From: Hyalangium minutum
GTDB lineage: Bacteria > Myxococcota > Myxococcia > Myxococcales > Myxococcaceae
DNA length: 248,000 nt
Assembly: GCF_000737315.1 (NCBI RefSeq)
Contig: NZ_JMCB01000005.1
Location: 20,001-268,000, forward strand
Direction of reading: 5' to 3'
Shown here: in pieces, positions 144,492-154,675 of the stretch
Position numbering within the stretch: position 1 is the first letter of the stretch
Layout of the letters: every line of letters starts with the position of its first letter
The notes under the pieces: model-generated
Told to the model about the DNA's origin: nothing
What the model saw: only the letters and a program-made list of their open reading frames with translations
The model's database searches: none
Position numbers and translations under genes: made by a program

Positions 144492-146531
144492 ATGGTGGTC
144501 TCCCCCAAGCTTCGCGCGCGGCTCCGGGATGTGGTGCAGCAACTGCTGGTGGCGGTGCAACAGCTCCGGCTGCCAGGGCCCTCGGTGCTCCCCGTGGCCG
144601 GCGCGGTCGTCGGTGTCTACAGCGGCCTCGCCGCCGGCCTCTTCGCCAACCTCATCGGTCTCGTGCGCGGGGGGAGCTACGGCGTCCCGCTGCTCGTGGA
144701 TGCGTTCCGCACGGGCTCGGAGACCCAAGCCCGCCTCGCCGAGTCCCTCACCAACGCTCGCTGGCACTTCGAGTTCATCATCGTCGGCATCCCGCTGTCC
144801 CTCGGGGCCCTTGGCCTCGCGCGCCTCATCAAGCCCGGTGAAGGACGTGAGGAGGTGAAGCGTCGCCTCGAAGTCCTCGCCCTGCTCGTCATGGGCGCCC
144901 TGTCGCTCTATTACCCCCTCGTGGCCCTGTCCGCCGTGAACGAGGTGCTCGGCCACATTCACCGGGACGTGGAGCACATCTCTCCCTTCCTCGTGGTGCT
145001 CGTGCCCATGCTCGGCGGCATGGTGGTGGGCCGCCTGCTCCAGGCCCGGCCCGAGACCCACGGCCACGGCGTCCCCGAAGTCGTCAAAGCCGTGGAGAGC
145101 GAAGGCCGGCTCCCCGCGCGCAATGGCCTGCTCAAGCTCATCGCCTCGGCCGTCACCATCGGCACGGGCGGCTCGGCGGGGCGCGAAGGCCCCATCGTCT
145201 ACGGCGGCGCCGCGTTCGGCTCCGAAGTGGGCCGCACCCTCGGCTTCACCCGCCGCGAGCTCGCCATCCTCATGGCCAGTGGCGCGGGCGCGGGCATCGC
145301 CGCCTCCTTCAATGCCCCCGTGGCCGGCGCCATCTTCGCCATGGAGATCCTCCTGCGCGAGTTCCAGCTCCGCGTCTTCTCTCCCATCATCCTCGCCAGC
145401 GTCACCGCCACCATGGTGAGCCGCGGCATCATGGGCAGTGCGCCCATGCTCGAGCGCGTCGCGTACATGATGGTCAGTGGCTGGGAGGTCGTCTTCTACG
145501 CCCTGCTCGGGCTGGTGTGCGGAGGCCTCGCCTACGCCTTCATCCAGTGCCTGCACGGCGTGGAGGAGTTCTTCCAGGGCAAGCGCCCCGGCAAGGTGTC
145601 CGCCTGGCTCGGCCTGCAGCCCCTCCCGGTGCGAGCGGGAATCGGCGGCGCGCTGGTGGGGCTCATCGCGCTGGCCCACCCCGTGGTGTGGGGCACCGGC
145701 CACGAGTACGCCAACGACGCGCTCGTGCGTGGGCTGTCGCTGTCGCTGCTGGCCTCCGGGTGCGTGCTCAAGCTGGTGGGCACCTCGCTGACGCTGGGCT
145801 CGGGAGGCTCCGGCGGCACGTTCTTCCCCGTCACGGTCATTGGCGCCATGGCAGGGGGCGCCTTCGGAGAAATCCTCCACGCGGTGCTGCCGAACGCCAC
145901 CGCTCCCAGTGGCGCCTACGCCATGGTGGGCATGGGCGGCGCCGTGGCGGCCATGACGCGCGGGCCGCTCACCGGGATGATGATGGTGTACGAGCTGAGC
146001 GGTAACTACGCCATCATCCTGCCGCTCATGGTGACGTGCACGCTGGCCTCGGCGCTCTGCCACGTCCTCGTGGAGCGCAAGGCCGCGCGCGCCGGAGAGG
146101 AGCGGCTCGCCCTGCGGCGCACGCCGGTGCGAGAGCTCGCCATCTGGGAAGAGGCCGTGTCGTCGGAGCTCTCCGTGGAGGACCTGCGCGAGCGGTTGAT
146201 CTCGTCGAAGGCCGCGGCGCTTCCGGTTCGAGGCACGGACGGACGATTGCGAGGCGTCGTCGTCGCCGGTGCCCTGGGCGAGCGCTGGCGGCAGGCCGGA
146301 GAGGCCGCCACGGTGGAGTCCCTGCTGGACGGTGCCCCCGTGCTCCCTCAGGAGGCCCCCGTGTCCGAGGCCCTGGCCACCATGGATGCGCAGGGCGTGG
146401 AGGTGCTCGCGGTGGACGGCGGAGAGCAGGTGGGGGTCGTCACGCGCCTCGGGCTGGAGCGCTTCCTCCAGGCAGGCCACGGCAAAGCGCCCCCGCACGA
146501 GCTGCCGTTCGGCGTCACCGAGATGCGCTGA
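144492..146531 (+). CDS. ClC chloride channel with CBS domains
   Basis: GHGVPEV, GREGP, FNAP, GGTFFP. Confidence 0.9.
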   Translation: MVVSPKLRARLRDVVQQLLVAVQQLRLPGPSVLPVAGAVVGVYSGLAAGLFANLIGLVRGGSYGVPLLVDAFRTGSETQARLAESLTNARWHFEFIIVGIPLSLGALGLARLIKPGEGREEVKRRLEVLALLVMGALSLYYPLVALSAVNEVLGHIHRDVEHISPFLVVLVPMLGGMVVGRLLQARPETHGHGVPEVVKAVESEGRLPARNGLLKLIASAVTIGTGGSAGREGPIVYGGAAFGSEVGRTLGFTRRELAILMASGAGAGIAASFNAPVAGAIFAMEILLREFQLRVFSPIILASVTATMVSRGIMGSAPMLERVAYMMVSGWEVVFYALLGLVCGGLAYAFIQCLHGVEEFFQGKRPGKVSAWLGLQPLPVRAGIGGALVGLIALAHPVVWGTGHEYANDALVRGLSLSLLASGCVLKLVGTSLTLGSGGSGGTFFPVTVIGAMAGGAFGEILHAVLPNATAPSGAYAMVGMGGAVAAMTRGPLTGMMMVYELSGNYAIILPLMVTCTLASALCHVLVERKAARAGEERLALRRTPVRELAIWEEAVSSELSVEDLRERLISSKAAALPVRGTDGRLRGVVVAGALGERWRQAGEAATVESLLDGAPVLPQEAPVSEALATMDAQGVEVLAVDGGEQVGVVTRLGLERFLQAGHGKAPPHELPFGVTEMR

Positions 146532-146537
146532 GCGGAG

Positions 146538-147305
146538 TCAGGCACCTGGCGTCATCGGCACGAACTCGCCGGCGGGGCTCACATCGAGCACCACCAGCAG
146601 CGCGAGGACACCGCAGGGCACGGCCATGGCGGCCGGGCCGAAGCGGAAGAACAGCAGCGGCCCCGCGGTGCACCCGAAGAGAAAGGCCGTTGCGAGCCCC
146701 AGGTGCAGCCGGGTGCGAGCGAACTGCTCGGCGGTGGGCAGCCGGCGGAGCATCCACACCAGCCCTCCGAGCCCATGGCCGCGCGCCCCATCCCGCACCC
146801 ACGTCATCATCTTCACCAACTGGATGCCGATGTCGGTGATGACGCCCGTCATGTGCGTGGTGCGCACCACCGCGCCGGACACGCGGGTGACGAGCGCGTT
146901 CTGAAGGCCCATGGCGTAGGCCATGCCCCAGAACACGGTGGGCTCTCGGGAGTCCGGGTGCCTCGAGGACCAGAAGCCCACGGAGGCCAGCGTGAGCGCC
147001 TCCACCAGGAGCGCCGTAGCATGCCGCCCTCGCCGCCGGTGACGCGCCAAGTCAATGAGCACCGTGGCGCTCATGGCCCCCAGCAGGAAGGCCAGCACGA
147101 GCTGGCCCGCGCCGATCGCCGTGCTCCACCGCCCGGTAGCGAGGTACTCGCCCACATTGGCCAGGTTGCCCGTCATGTGGGACGTGTGCGTGCCCACGGC
147201 GAAGAAGCTGATCGCATTCACCGAGCCCGCCACCCCCGCAAGTAGCAGAGCCAGCAGGGAGTAGGCGCGACGGCTCGCGGGCGAAGTTTCAGCGGAGAAG
147301 GGCAT
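146538..147305 (-). CDS. YoaK (DUF1275) family membrane protein
   Basis: SHMTGN, MGLQNA, RTTHMTG. Confidence 0.85.
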   Translation of the reverse strand: MPFSAETSPASRRAYSLLALLLAGVAGSVNAISFFAVGTHTSHMTGNLANVGEYLATGRWSTAIGAGQLVLAFLLGAMSATVLIDLARHRRRGRHATALLVEALTLASVGFWSSRHPDSREPTVFWGMAYAMGLQNALVTRVSGAVVRTTHMTGVITDIGIQLVKMMTWVRDGARGHGLGGLVWMLRRLPTAEQFARTRLHLGLATAFLFGCTAGPLLFFRFGPAAMAVPCGVLALLVVLDVSPAGEFVPMTPGA

Positions 147306-147509
147306 GGGAGGCAGTGTCTGGAAGCAGGCAGATGCTAACACCGCGATCTTCGGGGGTTCAGGGAGGTGTCCTCTCGGGTACCTGGCGGGTGGGCAGATAG
147401 GCGAGGTGTGGCTTCGCCGCCTTCTGGCAGGGAACCAGGGGCTTGGGGCTCCTTGTTGCTGGTCAAAATACTGAGCCTGGAGTGGAGTAGGCAGGCAGGA
147501 GGCAGGTGG

Positions 147510-148358
147510 ATGCGGAGGTTGGCGCAAGCATGGGTGTGGCTGGTGGTGGCGGCCGCCATGGGGCTTGCGCTGTATGGGCGTGCGTCTTCGCGTGCCGTGC
147601 CCCAGGTGGCGGTGAATGAGTCGCCCAGAGCCGAGTCCGCGAGCGACACACCAGGCGAGCTGACGTGGGGCTCGCCTGAAGAGCTGCGAACGCTGCCCGT
147701 GACCGAGGCCGCCAGCGAGGGGGACGGGCTGCTGGAGCTGCGTGTGATGGCGGGAGGCCGCCCGGTTCCTCGAGCCCAGGTGCGGCTGTACCGGCGCGAG
147801 GGCCTCAGCCGGGAGACAGGCAAGATGGACTGGCGGATCGCGGCCTCGGGCGCCACGGGGAATGACGGGAAGCTGTTGATGCCGGCGCGCGCGGGCTCCT
147901 ATCTCCTGGTGGCGCGGGCGAACGGCTTCGCGCCGGCCCGGCTCAACCTGATGCACCCGCTGGGAGGACCCCGGACGCCGGCGATCCTCCGCATGGAGGA
148001 GGCCAGCACCTTCTGGGGCACAACGGTGCTGCAGGGCTCGGGGAGGGCGCTGCCGGGCGCGGAGCTGACGTTCACGCCGGACGTGCGCCCCTGGGAGCAG
148101 GGCATGCACGCGGCCGCACCGGCCGAGGAGCGGGTGACGGTGACGAGCGACGCCTCAGGCCGCTTCCGCGTGGAGGGACTCGCGCCCGGGCTCTACCTGG
148201 TGGAGGGCCTGGCACCAGGGAGCACCACGCCGGTGGAGTGGACCCTCTGGCTGCCCTCGTCGGAGCCGCGGGTGCTGGCGCTGACCACGCCGGGCACGGC
148301 GGTGCGCAAGAGAATCGTCAAGCGGGCTCCCTCGTCGGAGCTCCGCTGCGGCGACTGA
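147510..148358 (+). CDS. Carboxypeptidase regulatory-like domain protein
   Basis: PVPRAQV, SDASGRF..GL.PG.Y. Confidence 0.62.
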   Translation: MRRLAQAWVWLVVAAAMGLALYGRASSRAVPQVAVNESPRAESASDTPGELTWGSPEELRTLPVTEAASEGDGLLELRVMAGGRPVPRAQVRLYRREGLSRETGKMDWRIAASGATGNDGKLLMPARAGSYLLVARANGFAPARLNLMHPLGGPRTPAILRMEEASTFWGTTVLQGSGRALPGAELTFTPDVRPWEQGMHAAAPAEERVTVTSDASGRFRVEGLAPGLYLVEGLAPGSTTPVEWTLWLPSSEPRVLALTTPGTAVRKRIVKRAPSSELRCGD

Positions 148359-148371
148359 AGCGGGTGGCTGC

Positions 148372-148716
148372 TTACCCCGGCGGCCACCCCATGGGCCGGC
148401 CCGCGATCAGGTGCAGGTGGATGTGGAACACCGTCTGGCCGGCGTCGTCGTTGCAGTTCATGACGAGCCGGTAGCCCTTCTCCGAGTGGCCGCGCGCCTT
148501 CGCCACCTGAGCCGCCGCCGTGTACAGGTGCCCCACCGCCTCACGGTCCTCCTGGGCGATGTCGTTCACCGTGGGGATGTGCTTGAGCGGAATGAAGACC
148601 ACGTGCGTAGGCGCCTGGGGATTGATGTCCTCGAACGCCATGCACACGTCGTCCCGGTGGACGACCCGGGCGGGGATCAGACCATCGCGAATCTTGCAGA
148701 AGAGGCAGTTGGACAT
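148372..148716 (-). CDS. hinT: HIT family nucleotide-binding protein
   Basis: CLFCKI, HIHLH. Confidence 0.88.
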   Translation of the reverse strand: MSNCLFCKIRDGLIPARVVHRDDVCMAFEDINPQAPTHVVFIPLKHIPTVNDIAQEDREAVGHLYTAAAQVAKARGHSEKGYRLVMNCNDDAGQTVFHIHLHLIAGRPMGWPPG

Positions 148717-148776
148717 GGCCTCGGCTTAGCAATCCCGGGCCCGGCTGGGAACGGTCTCGCGGGCCGAAGCGTTGGC

Positions 148777-150258
148777 CTACGGCAGCCGCCAGCTGTAGCC
148801 CGGGTCCGGCACACAGCCTGGGTTCGGCAGGCGCATCAGCCGGTAGTCCTGGTCCTGGGCCACCACCTCGCCCCCCACGCTCCACTGCGGCAGGGTGATG
148901 ACGTAGTTGAACAGGCCCGAGCCCCGGTCCGGGCCTATCTGCCAGTACAGCGGCACGAGGCGGTGGAAGTAGCTGTAGCCGCCCGTCCAAGCCATGTGCA
149001 CGGGGCTCTCCATCTTGAGCCCGCAGACGTCCTCGCGCTGGCCCGCCACGATCAGCAGCCGGTTGATGGGCCCCGAGTCGTCATACGCGCTGACCTGCGG
149101 GCGCTCGTTCACGTACTGGCCAATCTCCCCAAAGGTGAGTCGCCGCGAGAGCCCTGCCGAGACTGCCGCCACCGCCACCACCCCCAATGCTCCACCCACG
149201 CGCAGGGGCATCCTCCGGAGCCGTGACAGAACGACCTCCAGCCCCACGGCTGCGAGCGCGGCGAGCAGGGGCAGCAGCGGCACGAGGAAGCGCAGCTCCT
149301 TGTGTGGCTGGGAGGCGTGCAGCAGGAAGAAAGCGAGGATGAGCGCCGCGAGCCCTCGGGCGCGCCACAGCGCGAGCAGGCCGAGCACCCCCACCAGCGC
149401 GGAGATGCCGGGCATCGAGTTGCGCAGCGTCCGGGTGTAGTAGCTGAAGGGCGCCACGCCCCAGTGCTTGCCGCCCTCGTTGATGAGGTTGAACTCCAGG
149501 TACACGCGGGCCGAGTGGAACCAACTGCCCCACGTGAGCTTGTCCAGCAGCCCGAAGAGCCCCGCCCACACAGCGAGCACCCCGAGCGCGAGCCCCGCCG
149601 CCCGCCACTGCCTCCGAGCCGCGAGCAGGGCCACGAGCCCCGCGCAGAACACGGCGCTCTGCAGCCGCAGCAGCACGGCCAGCCCCAGCAGTGAGGCTCC
149701 CACCACCAGCGCCCGCCGCGATGCTCCCGGCGCCAGCGCCAACGCCAGCCCCAGCACCACCGGCAGGGCCGCGGCATTCTCGCTCATGGCCCGAGGCGCG
149801 AAGTACACGGGCACCGAGGCCCATGCCATCAACGAGGCCCCCGCGGTGGCGGCGAGCGGCCCGACCCCCTGAGAGCGGGCGAGCCGGTAGCTCCCCCAGG
149901 CGGTGGCGGTGCCCATCAGCGCGAAGGCCCCCTTCACCACGCCCAGGTAGCCGCTGGGCGAGTCCAGCCCCAGCCCCCTCGCCAGCCACATGAGCCCGGC
150001 CACCAGCCCAGGGAGCGCCCAGGTGCGCGCCCCCTCGATGAACTCCCAGGGCAGCATCCCGTAGCCGAAGACGAGCCGGTGAGCGGGCTCCAGGCTCTGG
150101 TAAATCTCATCCGGCCAGTACAGCCCGTCGTCCGTCAGGGCCAGCCACACCCGGAGTGTCGCACCCACAGCGAGCACCAAACCCAGGAGAACTCCCGCCA
150201 GACGGCGCTCGGAGGCAGGGGGCTCAGGGGTGGGCAGGGTGGGAGACACGTCGACCAA
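148777..150258 (-). CDS. GT-C fold glycosyltransferase (Alg9/PIG-B-like)
   Basis: WPDEIYQSLEPAH, WEF, HKELRF. Confidence 0.78.
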   Translation of the reverse strand: MVDVSPTLPTPEPPASERRLAGVLLGLVLAVGATLRVWLALTDDGLYWPDEIYQSLEPAHRLVFGYGMLPWEFIEGARTWALPGLVAGLMWLARGLGLDSPSGYLGVVKGAFALMGTATAWGSYRLARSQGVGPLAATAGASLMAWASVPVYFAPRAMSENAAALPVVLGLALALAPGASRRALVVGASLLGLAVLLRLQSAVFCAGLVALLAARRQWRAAGLALGVLAVWAGLFGLLDKLTWGSWFHSARVYLEFNLINEGGKHWGVAPFSYYTRTLRNSMPGISALVGVLGLLALWRARGLAALILAFFLLHASQPHKELRFLVPLLPLLAALAAVGLEVVLSRLRRMPLRVGGALGVVAVAAVSAGLSRRLTFGEIGQYVNERPQVSAYDDSGPINRLLIVAGQREDVCGLKMESPVHMAWTGGYSYFHRLVPLYWQIGPDRGSGLFNYVITLPQWSVGGEVVAQDQDYRLMRLPNPGCVPDPGYSWRLP

Positions 150259-150299
150259 TCATCGCAAACCGGCCGCCGAGTGATATCCACTTCCTGACG

Positions 150300-151274
150300 A
150301 TGAGCACAACTCGCTCCATTCGCATCTCTGCCCTCCTCGAGGACCGGGACTACGACCTCCAGCTCACCCTGGTCGCTGGTGAGAAGGGGCTGACCCGGAC
150401 CCTCAACTCCCCGCGCATCCAGAAGCCCGGGCTGGCGCTGACCGGCTTCACCGAGCACTTGCACCCGCACCGGGTCCAGGTGTTCGGCAACACGGAGATC
150501 TCCTACCTGCGCACGCTCTCCGAGGAGAAGCAGCGCGAGGTGCTCACCCGCCTCTTCAAGGAGGACCTGGCCTGCGTGGTGGTCACCAAGAGCCTGGAAC
150601 TGCCACCGGTGCTCATCGAGACCTGCGAGGAGTCCAGCCTGGCGCTGATGAAGACGCCGCTGCTCTCCAGCACCTTCATCCAGCAGGTGCAGGCCTTCCT
150701 GGAGGAGGCGCTCACGGAGACCAGCAGCATCCACGGGGTGCTGATGGACGTGTTCGGCGTGGGCATCCTGCTGCTGGGCAAGAGCGGCATCGGTAAGAGC
150801 GAGATCGCCCTGGACCTGGTGATGCGCGGGCAGCGGCTGGTGGCCGACGACATCGTCGACGTGGCGCGCCGCAAGCCGGGCGCCGTCTACGGGGCGGGCA
150901 ACCCGGTCATCAAGCACCACATGGAAATCCGGGGCTTGGGCATCATCAACATCAAGGACTTGTTCGGCGTGTCGGCCGTGCGCGAGCAGAAGAAGATCGA
151001 GCTCGTGATGGAGCTGCAGGAGTGGGACCCCGACCAGGAATACGACCGGCTGGGGGTGGAAGATCGCTTCCTGGACATCATCGGGGTGCAAGTCCCCCTG
151101 TCGGTGGTGCCGGTTCGTCCAGGCCGTAACATGGCGACCATTGTCGAAGTGGCCGCGCGCAACCACTTGCTCAAACTTCAGGGCCACCATTCGGCGCGCG
151201 AGTTCGCGGAGAAGCTCAACCGTGCTATTGCCGAGGGAGCGATGCGTCGTACGTTGGGAGAAGAGGTCGAGTGA
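150300..151274 (+). CDS. hprK: HPr kinase/phosphatase
   Basis: [21 protein letters not shown]. Confidence 0.93.
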   Translation: MSTTRSIRISALLEDRDYDLQLTLVAGEKGLTRTLNSPRIQKPGLALTGFTEHLHPHRVQVFGNTEISYLRTLSEEKQREVLTRLFKEDLACVVVTKSLELPPVLIETCEESSLALMKTPLLSSTFIQQVQAFLEEALTETSSIHGVLMDVFGVGILLLGKSGIGKSEIALDLVMRGQRLVADDIVDVARRKPGAVYGAGNPVIKHHMEIRGLGIINIKDLFGVSAVREQKKIELVMELQEWDPDQEYDRLGVEDRFLDIIGVQVPLSVVPVRPGRNMATIVEVAARNHLLKLQGHHSAREFAEKLNRAIAEGAMRRTLGEEVE

Positions 151275-152134
151275 GCGCGCCCGCCAAGCACATCGTCATC
151301 ATCACCGGCATGTCCGGCTCCGGTAAGTCCACGGCCATCCGTGCGCTGGAGGATGCTGGCTTCTTTTGCATCGACAACCTGCCCGTGTTGTTGCTGCCCA
151401 AACTGACGGAGCTGGCCGGCAGTGGGCAGATCGAGCGCATGGCGCTCGTCGTGGACGTGCGCGAGGGCATCTTCCTCAAGGAGGCCCCCCGCGTGCTGGA
151501 CGAGGTCCGCCGCGCCGGGCACCAGGTGGAAGTCTTGTTCCTGGACTCCAGCGACGACAGCCTCATCCGCCGCTTCAGCGAGACGCGCCGCCGCCACCCA
151601 CTGGCCCCCACGGGCACGGTGGCCGACGGCATCAAGGCCGAGCGCGAGGAGCTGCGCGACTTGCGCGAGCTGGCCGACCAGGTCATCGACTCGTCCGCGC
151701 TGAACGTGCACGACTTGAAGCGGATGGTGCAGGCGCGCTTCAGCCCGGAGCCGGCGGCGGGGCCCTCGCTGTCGGTGATGTCGTTCGGCTACCGGCACGG
151801 GGTGCCGCCGCAAGCGGACCTGGTGCTGGACGTGCGCTTCCTGCCCAACCCGTACTTCGTGCCCGAGCTGAAGGGGCTCACGGGGAAGAACCCCAAGGTG
151901 TCCGCGTACGTGCTGGACCGCGAGGAGACGCAGCAGTTCCTCTCCAAGGTGGTGGACCTGTGCCGCTTCCTGTTCCCTCGCTACCAGAAGGAGGGCAAGG
152001 CGTACCTCACGGTGGCGCTGGGCTGCACCGGCGGCAAGCACCGCTCGGTGGCCATCGCGGCCGAGCTGACGCGGCAGCTCCAGCCGGAGATTCCACGCAT
152101 CCAGCTCTGGGACCGCGACATCGAGAAGGAGTAG
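151271..152134 (+). CDS. rapZ: RNase adapter RapZ
   Basis: [25 protein letters not shown]. Confidence 0.93.
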   Translation: MSAPAKHIVIITGMSGSGKSTAIRALEDAGFFCIDNLPVLLLPKLTELAGSGQIERMALVVDVREGIFLKEAPRVLDEVRRAGHQVEVLFLDSSDDSLIRRFSETRRRHPLAPTGTVADGIKAEREELRDLRELADQVIDSSALNVHDLKRMVQARFSPEPAAGPSLSVMSFGYRHGVPPQADLVLDVRFLPNPYFVPELKGLTGKNPKVSAYVLDREETQQFLSKVVDLCRFLFPRYQKEGKAYLTVALGCTGGKHRSVAIAAELTRQLQPEIPRIQLWDRDIEKE

Positions 152135-152137
152135 CGC

Positions 152138-152788
152138 TCAGCGCCGCCCCACCTCCCACCAGCCGAAGTACATGGTCCGCTGCTCCATGAGGTGCACCCA
152201 GCCGGGCGCGTGGGTGTAGCGGTAGGGCAGCAGCCCCGCGGTGGTGAGCGCCGAGGCCGTCTCCTCGAACGAGGGGAACGTTACCCACACCGCCGGCCCC
152301 GCCGTCTTCACCTGGCGCCGGTGGATCTCGTGCCCGTCCAGCCCCTGGCGGCGCTCCAGCACGGTGAAGAGCATCCGTCCCTCGGGCTTCAGCGCGCTCC
152401 CGAAGTGGTGCAGCACCTGCCGCAGGTCATCGCAGAAGTCCAGGCAGCCCACCGCCAGCACCACGTCGAAGTGCCCCAGCTCCGAGGGGATGGGCTGGTG
152501 GTAGCTGTGCTCCTGCCACGTGCCCGAGGGGCGCCCCTTGCGCGCCAACTCGATCATCTCCGGCGCCAGGTCCAGCCCCACCACCTCCACGGACGCGTCC
152601 AACCCCCGGGTCAGCAGGCCCGTGCCGCAGCCCACGTCCAACACCCGGCAGCCCGGCTTCACCGCCTCCGCCAGGAAGCGCTCCACCCGGTCCTCGTAGC
152701 GGTGCAGCGACGGGAAGAGCACCTCGTACGCGAGAGCAATCTCTCCATATACCTGCCGGACGTGGTTCTCGTTGCTCTCAGAGGCCAT
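152138..152788 (-). CDS. Class I SAM methyltransferase
   Basis: LDVGCGTG. Confidence 0.82.
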   Translation of the reverse strand: MASESNENHVRQVYGEIALAYEVLFPSLHRYEDRVERFLAEAVKPGCRVLDVGCGTGLLTRGLDASVEVVGLDLAPEMIELARKGRPSGTWQEHSYHQPIPSELGHFDVVLAVGCLDFCDDLRQVLHHFGSALKPEGRMLFTVLERRQGLDGHEIHRRQVKTAGPAVWVTFPSFEETASALTTAGLLPYRYTHAPGWVHLMEQRTMYFGWWEVGRR

Positions 152789-153028
152789 GGCGGCCCGCAC
152801 CTTAGTGCGGATGAATTCCCTGGGAAGAGGGGGAGAACTCGCACTTCCTGATTCCCTTGATTGCCTCCGTCCACACTACGCACTAAGTTGGCCCCGCCGG
152901 GGTCTGTTCCTCTGGATTCGTGGGGATAGCGGGTCTCGGCATGGGGTAGGAGGCACTCCTACAGGACCGAAAGGTGCCTACCTGGTGCATTGGCTGAGCG
153001 GTATGAAGGACGTTGGGACCATGGAGGG

Positions 153029-154618
153029 ATGATGAGGGCCAGTATCGGCCGGAGGCTGTATGTGTCCTTCGGTCTGCTCGTCGTGGCGTTTGCCGTGCTG
153101 GGAGGGGCGAACATCGTCTCGTCCTACGGCTTTGCCCGCAGTGTGGAGAGCTCGCTGGAGCGTTCGCTCACCCTCGCGCCGGAGCTGTTCGAGCTGCGGA
153201 TGATCCACCAGCGGACCACGGTCCTGTTCTTGTCGGGGGCCCAGAAGGACTCGGCTCCGCCCTCGGAGGAGCTGTCCTCGCAGGAGGAGCGCTTCGCCCA
153301 CAGCCTCGGGGCGCTGCGGGAGAAGGGGTACCCCGGGGCCCGGCTCAATGACGTGCAAGGGCGCTTCACCGGGCTCCTGCTCTTGGGCCGCAAGCTGCTG
153401 GCCGTCTCGGGAGAGGCAGACCCTCAGGGCGCCTTTCTCCTCTTCCAGCAGCAGACCCATGAGCTGGAGCAGCAGTTGGACGCGATGGCGAAGGACGAGG
153501 TGAGCACGGTGCGCACCTCCTTGAAGGTGCTCCGGCGGAACTTCGAGAAGGGCGCGTGGACATTCGCCGGAGGGGTTGTGGGCTGCATCCTCGTGGCGCT
153601 GCTGCTGGCCTTCGGGCTGCGGCGCTCGCTGGTGCACCCGCTGCGGGCGCTCACGGGGGTGGCGCGGGAGATCAGCGAGAACGGGGACCTGACGCTCCAC
153701 GTGCCTGTGCGCTCGGGGGATGAGGTGGGGCAGCTGGCGCACGCCTTCCGGGAGATGGTGGAGCGCCTGCGCACCATTCACAACGAGCTGCGCGCCTCGG
153801 GGGGCACGCTGGCCACCTCGGCGGCGAACGTGCGCCGCTCGGCCGTGCAGCAGCAGGAGACGGTGAGCAGCCAGGCGGCGGCGCTGCACCAGACGCGCGT
153901 CACCGCCGAGGCGCTGCGGGAGACCTCATCGGTGGCGGCCCAGCGCGCGCACTCCGTGCTGGACCTGGCCGTGCGGGCGGACACGCTGGGGCGCGCGGGG
154001 GAGACGTCCATTGCCCAGAGCGTCTCCGGGCTGGCGAACCTGGGGGCGCAGGTGCAGGAGATTGCCCAGCGCATCCGCAACCTGGGGGAGAGCACCCAGC
154101 AGATCGGCGCCATCACCAAGACGGTGAAGGCGCTGGCGGACCGCTCCAACATGTTGGCGCTCAATGCCGCCATCGAGGCGGTGCGCAGCGGCGAGCACGG
154201 CAAGGGCTTCGCCGTGGTGGCGCAGGAGATCCGCTCGCTGGCGGATCAATCCATCGAGGCCACGGTCCGGGTGCGCGAGATTCTGGACGCGGTGGGCCGC
154301 GCGGTGGCGGAGACGGTCAGCATCACCCAGCGCAACGCCGAGCAGATGCAGGGAGGGCTGGAGCAGGTGAGCGCCACGGGCGAGAGCCTGCGGGAGCTGT
154401 CCGGCCTCATTCGCGCGAACGCCAGCGCGGTGAAGGAGATCGTCGCCGCGGTCAGCCAGCAGGACCTGGGCATCGCGCAGATCTTCCTGGCGGTGAGCGA
154501 GCTCTCCAAGATGATGGCGGACACGGAGAAGGAGCTGGACGCCACGAAGACGGCGGCGGTGATGCTCGATGACGTGTCCCAGAAGCTCACGGACGTGGTG
154601 ACGCGCTACCGGGCTTGA
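153029..154618 (+). CDS. Orphan methyl-accepting chemotaxis protein
   Basis: [16 protein letters not shown]. Confidence 0.88.
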   Translation: MMRASIGRRLYVSFGLLVVAFAVLGGANIVSSYGFARSVESSLERSLTLAPELFELRMIHQRTTVLFLSGAQKDSAPPSEELSSQEERFAHSLGALREKGYPGARLNDVQGRFTGLLLLGRKLLAVSGEADPQGAFLLFQQQTHELEQQLDAMAKDEVSTVRTSLKVLRRNFEKGAWTFAGGVVGCILVALLLAFGLRRSLVHPLRALTGVAREISENGDLTLHVPVRSGDEVGQLAHAFREMVERLRTIHNELRASGGTLATSAANVRRSAVQQQETVSSQAAALHQTRVTAEALRETSSVAAQRAHSVLDLAVRADTLGRAGETSIAQSVSGLANLGAQVQEIAQRIRNLGESTQQIGAITKTVKALADRSNMLALNAAIEAVRSGEHGKGFAVVAQEIRSLADQSIEATVRVREILDAVGRAVAETVSITQRNAEQMQGGLEQVSATGESLRELSGLIRANASAVKEIVAAVSQQDLGIAQIFLAVSELSKMMADTEKELDATKTAAVMLDDVSQKLTDVVTRYRA

Positions 154619-154675
154619 AGCAGCGCTTGACGGCCCAGGCACCCGGGGTGAGCATGGGCCGGTCGGGGCCGGCGG

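Noticed and set aside
148372-148716. Second HIT gene as part of the toxin-immunity system
   Set aside because: Canonical HinT in a housekeeping context, 135 kb from the mcc-like cluster
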